A stretch of 64,000 nucleotides of DNA from NCBI GenBank assembly GCA_014905635.1, contig JABVCE010000004.1, forward strand, positions 620,001 through 684,000, read 5' to 3'. The stretch's first letter is position 1. Every line of letters starts with the position of its first letter. This document shows, piece by piece, positions 11,334 to 22,073 of the stretch. The notes beneath the pieces were generated by a model. It was not told where the DNA came from and searched no databases. It saw only the letters and a program-made list of their open reading frames with translations. This DNA comes from Scenedesmus sp. PABB004 (lineage: Eukaryota). The position numbers and the translations under genes are program-made.

Positions 11334-12856
11334 ATGGACCTGCTGGACCTGCTGCGCGGGCGCAGCCCGCCTCAGTTCGACGCGGACGTGGTCCCGCTCG
11401 TTGCACGTGAGGCGCGGCGCCGCGGGCGCCTGGTTTCGCTGGCCCGCCGCTTGCGCTGGCCCTCTCGCGCCGCGCAGCTCCCGCCGCCGCCCCTCACACC
11501 GCCGGCGTGCGCGCCCGCCGCCGCCGCGCCGTGCCGCCGCAGTGGGGCTGCCCACCCAGCCCGGCGACCAGCTGGTCGTCGCGGCCGAGTCGCGCACCAA
11601 GCTCTGGGTCACCGAGCCGAGCCCCGTCGGCCCCGACGGCGCGGCGCGCTCCTTCCACGCCGTGCTGCGGCTTGCGCCCAAGAAGAGCTACAAGCTCAAG
11701 GTGCAGGCCCTGCGCCAGCCGTCCGGCGACGGCGCGCCCCGCTGCGAGACGCTCGGCCGCGCGCGGCTCGACCTGGCGGCCCTCTGCGCCGCCGCCGCCA
11801 ACAACGCCGGCGACGCGGCCGCGCTGCCGGCGCGGGTCGTCACGCTCCCGCTGTCGCCTGCGGGCGAGCTGCGGCTCAGTGTGCGCGCGGTGCCACTGCA
11901 GCAGGCCCCCGCGGGCAGGCACGCCAGCGCCGGCGAGGCCGTGGCGGCCGAGCAGGCCCGGCGCTCGGCGCTGAGCGCGCACAGCTCGAGCAGCACCGGG
12001 AGCGAGGGGAGCGACGACTCCAGCGCGGGCACGCCCAGGGGTGAGCGGCGGCGACCACCGGGGCCCGCACGCACGGCGTGCATCGCACGCCTGCCGGCGC
12101 GCGCTGACCCGCACGCGTGTCCGCCGGCGCGCGCCGACCCGCCTCGCCTCGCCGCCCGCAGCCCGCCGGTCGCGCAGCGCCGAGTTTGAGGCGCTCGCCG
12201 ACTACCACCACCACCACCTGCACGGCGGCGCCTGGCAGCAGCGGCACGCAGCGTGCGCCAACGCGGCCGGCCGGGCGGCGGCCGGGCTGGCCTGCATCTC
12301 ACCCATCCCAGAGGCGGAGCGGGAGGGCCTCGACCCCGCGGCCAGCCTCAGCGCCGCGGCCAGCCTGGAGCGCGCGCTGTCGCGCGTGAGCGCGGCGGGC
12401 GCGCGCGGCGCGGCGGCGCCGCCGCAGCAGCAGCTGCTGCTGGAGCAGCCGCTGCGCGGCGGCAGCGGCGGCGGCGGCGGCGGCGGCGCGCAGCCGGCAG
12501 CCGGCAGCGGCGCCGCGCCGCGCAGCCTGGGCGCGTCGCTGCCGGCGTGGATGTTCCCGCACAGCCGCGAGGCGGTGCGCGGCGCGAGCACGCAGGCGCT
12601 GGTGTGTGACATTGCCGCGTGCGCCGACGCCGCGCCGCGCCTGCAGGCGGCGCGGGCGCAGCGCGCCGCCCCCGCCACGGCCGACGACGCGCTGGTGGAG
12701 AGCCTCATTGCCGCCAAGCTCGCGCTGGCTCAGGCCGACCTCACCGCGACGGCGCTGCGCGGCGAGCTGCGCCGCGAGAGCCGACGACGCGCCGCGCTGG
12801 CGGCGCGGCTGGCCGCACTCGGGGACGTGGAGGGCCTCGCCGCGCGGAGCTGCTGA
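11334..12856 (+). CDS. NT-C2 (EEIG1/EHBP1-type) domain protein with C-terminal coiled coil
   Basis: MDLLDLLRGRSPPQFDADVVPLVA|...PKKSYKLKVQ...TLGRARLDLAAL...VTLPLSPAGELRLSVRAV; C-terminal LVESLIAAKLALAQAD coiled coil. Start could be 11313. Confidence 0.65.
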
Positions 12857-13405
12857 GGCGCGCGCAGCGCCGAGAGTAATCCCGCATGGTGCAGAGCGTG
12901 ACGCGGGGGTCGGGGTGCGTGCCGCGGGCTGCGCAGCGTGCGTTGACCGGCAGCCGCCGCCGGCGCGGCGCGGCGCGGCCCCGATCCCGGCCCGCACGAG
13001 GCGGCGCACTCACCGGCGGTCCCAGCACGCGCCGGAGCGTCAAAGGGTGGGCGCCACCGACGCCAGGTGGCGGGCCGCGTGCCGAGACCAGCGCGCAGCT
13101 CGCGCTCCCCGCGCATTCGCGGCCGCCGCGGTGCGCGACACGCGAAACCGGCCTCTCGCAAGCCCCTCCCAGCTCGGCAGCGACTACAGCTGCCGAGATC
13201 GCGGGCGCCGCTTCGTGTCGCGCCCGAGCGCTCAGCTGCTCAACCCGCCAGCCGCAGCGCCCGCCGCACCACACCCGCGTCCCCCCCGGCGCCGCGTGAC
13301 CGTCCAGCCCTCATCGCCGCAGCCAGGCCGCCGGGCGCGACGCGCACGCCCCCGCCCGCCCGCACGGCCTCGAGGGCAGCCCGCAGCGCCCTGCGCGCGG
13401 CCAGC

Positions 13406-16400
13406 ATGAAGGGCGCACTCGGCGTCGCGGCGGTGCGGCGCCGCAGGCGGGGCCGCTGGCGGAGCAGGCAATTGGCGCCCGCGCGCATGGCGCCCGACGC
13501 CCGCCCGCGCGCCCGCCGCAGGAGGGCCGCCTCGGCGCGGCCGGCCGGCACGCGCGGCCGGGTGAGGCGGCGCGCCGTGCGCCGCGGGGCGCAGGGGGGC
13601 GGCGCCGGCGCGCGCGCCCACCACCGCACGGCTCTGCTGCTGCTCCGCAGGCGCTGCCCCCCGCCCCGCCGCCTCGCCGGCGCCCCGGCGGCTCGCGGGC
13701 GCCCGGGCCCGGCATGTGGCGGGCAGCAGCCAGAAGCCGGTGCCGCCGGCGCAGCAGGGGGAGTGGGACAAGATCTCGACCGACGACATCGACACCTGGG
13801 ACGAGGCCTACGGCCCCCCCACGCCGCTGCTGGACACGGTGAACTACCCCGTGCACCTCAAGAACTTCAGCGTCCCCCAGCTGCGCCAGCTGTGCAAGGA
13901 GCTGCGCAGCGACGTGGTGCACACGGTCTCCAAGACCGGCGGCCACCTGAGCAGCAGCCTCGGCGTCGTCGAGCTCACCGTCGCGCTGCACTACGTGTTC
14001 AACGCCCCCGACGACAAGATCATCTGGGACGTGGGCCACCAGTGCTACATCCACAAGATCCTCACCGGCCGCCGCGGCGGGATGAAGACGATCCGCCAGA
14101 CCAACGGCCTCAGCGGTGCGCGCAGGGCGCGCGCGCCGCGCCTGGCGCGCGCCGCGGGCGCGCCGGCGCGGCCGCAGCCGCACTGCGGCCGCGGCTGCAC
14201 GGCGGCCGCCGACGAGCGCTCACCGCGCCGCGCGCAGGCTTCACCAAGCGCAGCGAGAGCGAGTACGACCCCTTTGGCGCGGGGCACAGCAGCACGAGCA
14301 TCAGCGCGGGGCTGGGCATGGCGGTCGGGCGCGACATCAAGGGCAAGAGCAACAGCGTGATCGCCGTCATCGGCGACGGCGCGATCACGGGCGGCATGGC
14401 GTACGAGGCGATGAACCACGCCGGCTTCCTCGACTCAAACATGATCATCATCCTCAACGACAACCAGCAGGCGCGCGACACGCCGCAGCACGCGGCACGG
14501 CGGCAGCGCGAGGCGGCCGCGGCGGCGGCGCGCGGCGGCGTGTCGCCCGCGCTGCGGGTGCCAGCGTGCCCGCCCGCCGACCCGCCCGCCGACCCGCCCG
14601 CCCGCCCGCCCGCCGCGTGCCCGCGCCGCAGGTGTCGCTGCCGACGCAGTACAACAACCGCAACCAGGACCCCGTCGGCGCGCTGTCGAGCGCGCTCGCG
14701 CGGCTGCAGTCCAACCGCCCGCTGCGCGAGCTGCGCGAGGTGGCCAAGGGCATCACCAAGCAGCTGCCGCAGCCCATCCAGGTGCGCCGGGCAGGAGCAG
14801 CGGCAGCAGCGGCGGCAGAAGCTGCACCCTGCAGCTTCTGGGGCAGCAGCGGCAGGGGCGGCAGCAGGGTCGGCAGCGGCAGCAGCCCTCCCCGCGCCCG
14901 CCCTGGCTCCCCTGCCTCACCCTCCGCCCCGCCCGCCCGCCCGCGCGCCCTCGCCGCGCCCGCCCGCGCCCGCCCGCGCCCCCCGCGCTGCTGCCAGGTC
15001 GCGACGAGCAAGATCGACGAGTACGCGCGCGGCATGATCAGCGGGAGCGGCAGCACGCTCTTCGAGGAGCTCGGGCTGTACTACATCGGCCCCGTGGACG
15101 GGCACAACGTGGACGACCTCGTCAGCGTGCTCAACGACGTGCGCAGCGCCGACACGGTCGGCCCGGTGCTCATCCACGTCATCACAGAGAAGGGCCGCGG
15201 CTACCTGCCCGCAGAGACGGCGCAGGCGCGGCGGCGCGGCGGCGCGGCGGCGGCAGCGGCGCGGCGGCGGCAGCGGCGGCGGCGGCGGCGGCGGCGGCGT
15301 GTGGCGGGCGCAGCAGCAGCGGCGCGCGCGCGGCCCGCGGCGGGCGGCGGCCGAGCCCTTAACCCCGCGGCGCCGCGCCGCGCCTGCCCACGACAGGACA
15401 AGATGCACGGCGTGGTCAAGTTTGACCCGCGCACGGGCGTGCAGCAGAAGGGCGGCGCCGGCAAGGCGGGGGCATACACCAACTACTTTGCCGACGCGCT
15501 CATCGCCGAGGCGGAGCGCGACAGCCGCATCGTCGCCATCCACGCCGCGATGGCCGGCGGCACGGGTGCGCCGCGCGCCGCGGCGCCAGGCTGTGGGCAC
15601 GCGGCGCGGCTGGGGCGGCCGCGCCCGCTGCCGCCCGCCCGCGCCCCTCTCAACCCCGGCGCCGGGCCCTCCCTAAACCCTGCCGCCCGCCCGCGCTGTC
15701 TGAACCCTGCCGCCGCCGGCGCGCAGGGCTGTACCGCTTTGAGAAGCGCTTCCCGGAGCGCGTCTTCGACGTCGGCATCGCGGAGCAGCACGCGGTCACG
15801 TTTGCGGCGGGGCTCGCGACCGAGGGCGTGACGCCATTCTGCGCAATCTATTCCTCCTTTATCCAGCGCGGCTACGACCAGGTCGTGCACGACGTCGCGC
15901 TGCAGAGCCTGCCCGGTGCGCGGCGCGGCGGGGCGCGGCGCGGCGCGGCGCGGCGCCAAGGGCGCGGCGCCGGGGGCGGCGCGGCAGCGGGACGGGGGCG
16001 ACAGGGGGCGCGTGCGCGCGCAGGCGCCGGCGGCGCGCCGACGCGCCCCGCCCGCGGCCCGCCGCCCCTGCCCCGCCACGCCGCGCCGCGCGCAGTGCGG
16101 TTTGCGATGGACCGCGCGGGCCTCGTCGGCGCGGACGGCGCGACGCACTGCGGCGCGTTTGACGTGACGTTCATGGCCAGCCTGCCCAACATGGTCTGCA
16201 TGGCGCCCAGCAACGAGGCGGAGCTCATCAACATGGTCGCGACCGCGGCCGCGATCGACGACGCACCGAGCTGCTTCCGCTTCCCCCGCGGCAACGGCAT
16301 CGGCGTCGACCTCTCGGCCGAGGGCATCGGCAAGGACCTCAAGGGCGTGCCGCTCGAGGTGCGCGGGGGCGGCGCGCGCGAGCGGGGGCGGCGCGCGCGA

Positions 16401-16957
16401 GCGGGGGCGGGGCGGGAGCGGCAGTGCGCGCGGCGGGTGCCGTGCCGCGCCGCGCCGCGCGCAGCACGGCGCGCTCACGCGCGCGCGCGCCGCGCCGCGC
16501 CGCGCTGCAGGTCGGCCGCGGCATCGTGCGGCGGCAGGGCAAGGACGTGTGCCTGCTCGCGTACGGCTCGTCCGCGAACGAGGCGCTCGCGGCGGCCGAG
16601 ATGCTCGCGCGCGCGGGCGTGAGCGCGACGGTCGTCGACGCGCGCTTCTGCAAGCCGCTCGACACCGCGCTCGTGCGGCGCTGCGCGCGGGAGCACCCGG
16701 TGCTCATCTCGGTCGAGGAGGGCTCGATCGGGGGCTTTGCCGCGCACGTGATGCAGTTCCTCGCCCTCGAGGGCCTCCTCGACGGCGGGCTGAAGTTCCG
16801 GCCGATGACGCTGCCCGACCGCTTCATCGACCACGGTCGCTACGAGGACCAGATCGCCGAGGCGGGCCTCTCCGCGTCGCACATCGCGAGCACCGCGCTC
16901 AGCGTGCTCGGCAAGCCCAAGGACGCGCAGCTCACGCTCTCGGGCATCTCCGCGTGA
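13406..16957 (+). CDS. DXS: 1-deoxy-D-xylulose-5-phosphate synthase (plastid MEP pathway)
   Basis: [98 protein letters not shown]. Confidence 0.98.
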
Positions 16958-17432
16958 GCGCCCCCCTAGGCGGGCGCGCGCCGCGGCGGGCGCGCCCCGC
17001 GGCGGGCGCGCGGCGAGAGCGGGCGCGGGGGCTGTGCCCTGCGGGGGCGGGCGCGGCGGCGGGGCGAGCGCGCGGGGGCGGCGGCGAGCGTTGGCGGGCT
17101 TTGGTCTGGGCGCCGCGGCGCGCGCCGGCCGCCGCGTGCGGACGATCGGCCGTTTCCATGGCCGCGGCGCGCGCCGCGGCCCGCGGTGCATCTCGCACGC
17201 GCTGGTGAGCGCGCGCGCATCGGTTTTGGCTCGCACGCGCGGGCGGGGCGCGTCCCTCGGCGGCGCCGCCGGAGGGCGCGCAGCCTCGGAGTGCATTGCA
17301 GCACAGCCTCGGGGCCGGCGCGGTTGCGCCGGGGCGCGCGCCCCGCGCGTCGTTCAGTGCAGGCGTGTGCGTGCGCGGCGGGCGCAGGATGACCCCCGCG
17401 CGGCGCGGTGTGTATGTACAGCGTGCGTGCGG

Positions 17433-17463
<31 letters not shown>
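17433..17463. repeat. (CT)n microsatellite upstream of the PhoD gene
   Basis: tctctccctctctctctctctctctctctct. Confidence 0.9.
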
Positions 17464-17810
17464 GCAGCGGCGGCTGGCTCAGCGAGCTCTGGGCTGGGCG
17501 CGCGCTGTGGTGCCTCGTTCTCTCCTTCTTCTTCCCCGCAGGAACTGCGGCGCGGCGTGTGATTGCCGCACCCGCGCGCGGTAACGGACCAGCTAGAGCG
17601 GCGGCCGCGGCAGCGGAGCGGTCGGCGAGCGGCGGCGCAAGCGCGGGGTTCGCGGCAGACCGCAGCGCCGCAGTCGTCGCGCAGGCGCCGCACCACACCG
17701 CGCAGCCGCGAGAAAGACCCACGACGAGCTCGATCCCGAAGCGGCTCCGCTTGGCAGCAGCCGGCAGCGGCGGCAGCAGCAGCGAGCGCGCAAGCAGCGG
17801 CAGCGGTGGG

Positions 17811-17875
17811 CAGCGGCAGCGAGCTCATGCCGCGCTAGGTCCAGCTTCGAGCGCGGCATGAGCTCGCTGCCGCTG
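17811..17875 (+). promoter_or_regulatory. Perfect 26-bp inverted repeat covering the PhoD ATG and containing the uORF M-P-R-stop
   Basis: 17811-17836 cagcggcagcgagctcatgccgcgct pairs with 17850-17875 agcgcggcatgagctcgctgccgctg; uORF at 17827-17838. The structure is seen; a regulatory role is inferred. Confidence 0.6.
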
Positions 17876-20617
17876 TCGAGCTTCGAGCTGGAGGACCAGG
17901 GCGGCCTGCTGGCCGGCGGCGGCGCGCCAGCACTGCGCAAGAGCTGGCAGGCGGAGGGCGACCGCCAGCAGCGGCGCACGGCGCGGCAGCTGGCCTGCGT
18001 GGCGGGGCTGGCGGCGACGTCGCTCCTCCTGGCAGTGGCGGCGCTCGCCGTCGGCGCGGGCGCTGGCGGCGCTGGCCGCGCAGCACAGCAGGTCGCGGCG
18101 CGGCGCGGTTGGCCGCAGATTCGGCGCATCGCCTTCAGCAGCTGCACCAGCTATGACCTCCGCCCGCAGCCCATTTGGACCCAGGGCGTCATCCCTGCCG
18201 AGCCCGACGCGTGGGTCTGGCTCGGTGCGAAAAAAATGCGATTGCGCTCGCCGGCGCAGCGCTGGCCGCCGCGGCGCCAGCCGCCGCAACGCCAGCGCAC
18301 CGGCCCGCCCGCCCGCCCGCCCGCGTGCCACTGCAAGGTGACATGACCTACATGGACGACCCGCTGCTCGACTGCGGCCAGGTGCCGGCCTACGCAGAGT
18401 GCAACTGCACCGCAGACTTCATGCGCCGCCCGCCCTTCCAGTGCGCCGCCGCCCGCAGCCGCCGCCGCCGCCAGGGGCGCCGCGGCGCCGCCGGCCGCGC
18501 CCGGCCTTGCGGCCCCCGCCCGCACCCGGCCGGCCGGCCGCCCGCGCGCAGGTGCTTTGCCGGCGACGTGGCGCACGCGCGCGCGCGCATGCTGCATCAG
18601 CTCAGCGTGCCGGAGTATCGGGCGTTCCTGGCGCACATGTGCCCCGGCGCCGCCGGGGACGACCCTAGCTTCCCGCCGCGCGGCGCCGACCCCGCGGCCT
18701 GCCCGCGTCCCGTGCTCGGCACGTACGACGACCACGACAGCGGCTGGAACAACGGCAACGGCCGGTGCGCGCGCGGGCGGCGCCGCGGCGCACGCGCACG
18801 CGCCGCGGCCCGGCGGCGGCGCGCTGACGCGGCCGCCGCCGCCGCCGCCGCCGCACGGCCGCGCGCAGCAACCCCAACAAGGCCGCGTTGAAAAACGTCT
18901 ACCTGGACGGCATCGGCGAGGCGCCCGACAGCCCGCGGCGCAGCGGCGTGGACGGGCTGCAGGCCGCGTACACGCTGCCCGGGCCGGGCAGCGGCGGCGG
19001 TGGCCGAGAAGGCAGGGGAGGCCGGCTGGTGGATGAGACCAACCTGGTGCTGCTGGACGAGCGATTCTTCCGGGAGACGCTGCCGTGCAGCGCGCGGCGC
19101 GCGTGGTGCGACGCGGTGCTGGCGCAGGCGCGCGACCCGCGCGCGCGGCCGCCGCCGTCGGCGGGCGACGTCGCGTGGTGCACCGACTTTCTGATTGACG
19201 GTGGCGCCGACTGGGGCGCCGGCGGCAGCTGCTGCCGCAAGGACGACGAGTTTGATGCGTGGTGCGCGCAGGTGAGCCGCTGTTGGTCATGCTGCGGCAC
19301 CGCGGCGCGAGGCGGCAGCCTTGCCCTGCGGCGCGCGCCGGCGCGGCCACGCACGCCGACGCGCCGCGCGGCGCCCGCAGCCGGCCAGCCGGGGCACGCG
19401 AGCTGGCGCGAGCTCTGCGACCCCGTGGACGCGGGCTTTGCGACGCGCAAGCTGGTGCTTGACACGGACAATGCCACCGTGCTGCCGCTCACGGCCGATC
19501 TCTGGGCGAGCCGCCAGGCGGCGCTAGGCCGGCGGCTGCTGGAGGGCTCGACCAGCCCCGTGTGTGAGGTGCTCGGCGCGGGGCAGCGCGCGTGGCTCGC
19601 GGGCCAGCTCGCGGGCAGCCGCGCGTCACTCAACGTCATCGCCTCTGGCTCGGTGCTCGCCGGCAGCCTCGGGTGCGCGCCGCCGCAGCCGCCGGGCGCG
19701 CACGCCTGCCCGCGTCGCGTTGCGTTGCGGGCCGCCGCGGCCGCAGCCGCGCGCGCGCCGCCGACACCTGCGCGGCCCGCCGCCCGCCGCCCGCCGCCCG
19801 CCGCGCAGGTGGCGCGAGGGCGGCAACGTGTGCAGCGGCGACGACTGGCAGTGCTGGCCGCGCGCGCAGGTCAACCTGCTGCACACGGTCGCCAACGCGA
19901 GCGGCTGCTCCGTCGTCATCGTCGGCGGTGCGCGCGCCGCGCCGCGCTACCTGCCCACTACCTGCCCGCCGGCCCCCGCGCCGCGCGCGCCACGCTGCTG
20001 CCCCCCCCCCCCCCCCCCCCCCCCCCCGACGCCGCACGCCGCCCCCTCTCCATGCCGCGCCGGCGCGCGTGGGCGCGGCGCCAGACTACCACTACTCTGA
20101 CATAAAGGCCATCCGCCCCGGCGGCGACACCGGCTACGCCCGCTACCTCGCCGGCGGCCGCCTGGCCAAGCCGGTCTGGCAGGTCATGGCCAGCGGTGCG
20201 CGCCGGCCGGCCGGCGCCGCCGCGCGCACCCGCCGGCGCAGCGCTGGCCGCCGCGGCGCTGGCCGCCGCGGCGCTGGCCGCCGCGGCCGCTGCAACGCCA
20301 GCGCGCCGGCCAGCGCCAGCCGCCCCTGCTCCCGCCGCGCAGGCATGACCTACAGCACCGCGGAGCACACCGCCGGCGCCGGCGCGCACCTGCCGTGCGC
20401 GGGCACGTTCCGGGAGGACACGGTGGGGCTGCGCCCGCTCGGGCGCTGCGCATATGTGCCCGACCCGGCGTTTGCGATGATCGATGTCGACTGGGGCGCG
20501 CGCGTGCTGACGCTCAGCGTGCGCAACCACACCACCGGCGGCGTCGCGGCCGGCTGGGACGGCACGCGGCAGGAGGTGGGCGTGAGCCTCGACAGCTGCG
20601 AGATGCTGCCCGCGTGA
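17858..20617 (+). CDS. PhoD-family alkaline phosphatase/phosphodiesterase with type II membrane anchor, about 8 exons
   Basis: IAFSSC, WVWLG|DMTYMD, GTYDDHDSGWNN, VLLDERFFR, VLGAGQRAWL, IVG|DYHYSD, QVMASG|MT, FAMIDVDW. Confidence 0.9.
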
Positions 20618-21098
20618 GCGCGGCCCGGTCACGGCGGGGCGTGCGCGCCTTGAACCGCCCCCTCTCCCCGGCGCGCGGCGGCGCACGCTGATGGCGTCGG
20701 TGCCGGACCACTGGCACCATCACACGCACCCAGCGCCGCCGGCTGCTGTGGGCGGCGCGGTGCGACAGCAGCGCCAGCGCGCCGGCGAGCGCTGCAGGCG
20801 CGAGCTGCTCGCGAGCTGCCGCAGTGCCTTCGGCAGCAGCTGCAGCTCGCGCAGCAGCACGAGCACAGCAGGCGCGGGCGCCAGCCAGCCAGCCACGGGT
20901 GCTGAGAGCCCGCTCGACAGCGGCGGCGGCGTCCCCAAACGGAGTGCCAGCGCGTGCGCGACGCCATGGATCCCGCCCGCGCGGTGACGGAGAGCTCGCT
21001 TCAGCCTTGAGGTCACGGGAGCCGCAGCGAGAGCCGCGGGTGCCGCCGCGCCGGCCGCCGCTGCTCGGCACCCCGGCCGACTTCGCAGCGGCGCTGCG

Positions 21099-22026
21099 AT
21101 GTCGGAGACGCCGAGCCTGGCCGAGGTGCTGGCCAATGTCACCGGCTCCACCGGAGGCGCAGGTGGGGTCACCCTCGGTGGCACGCGCGCGCCCGGCGGC
21201 GGCCGGCCCGCGCACAGCACGAGCGCCGCGCCGCACGCCAACCCAACGCGGCGCAGGTGTTCGCTGCGGCGGGCCGAACGGCACCTATGGCACCGCGCAG
21301 TGGGCCGAGCTCGGCTGCGTGGACACGTACCGCGTGGACTCGCAAATCTTCGCGACGTGCGCCGCGGGGCGGCGGCGGCGGCGGCGGCGGCGCGCGGGGC
21401 CGCCCGGCGCCAACCGCCGCCCGGCGCCAACCGCCGCCCGGCGCCAACCGCCGCCCGGCGCCAATCACTGCCCACCGCCCGCCGCCCGCAGTATGATCAC
21501 GAGCGGCGCGGCTGGCCTGGCCTGCTTCCTCGGCTTCTGCTGGTTGCAAACCTTCATCTCGCCGCTGCGCGGCCGCCTGGTGCGCGGGTGCCTCGTGCCG
21601 CGCCGCCGGGCGCGCGCGCCGCTCGGCGCGTGCGCGCTGACGCCCCTCCTGCTGCGGCCTGCGGCCCGCGCGGCCTGCGCAGCTGTCGCCGCAGGTGGCC
21701 ATCAAGCCGCCGATCTACACCGGCGACCGCCCGATCGGCCACTTCCTGTGAGGCGCGCGCCCCGCGCGGCGCGGCCGCCGTGGCTGAAGCGCGCCCGGCG
21801 CCGACGGCTGCCCGCCGCCCGCCCGCCCGCGCGCCGCGCAGGTACTGGCTCTGGGCGACGGTGACGATGACGGAGCGCGAGCTGCTGGCGACGGCCGGCA
21901 TGGACGCGCTGGTGCGGCCGCCGAGGCGGGCGGGGCGGCCGCCGGGCGCCGCTGCGCGGCGCGGGCGAGCGCGGCGGCGGCGCACGCTCGGGGGCCGCGC
22001 CCGAGCCGCCGCCCCGCGCCCGCCCG

Positions 22027-22073
<47 letters not shown>

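Noticed and set aside
21400..21470. Three 18-bp repeats (similar short arrays at 3572-3601, 44205-44248, 55523-55560, 62063-62100)
   Set aside because: Ordinary slippage minisatellites in introns or UTRs
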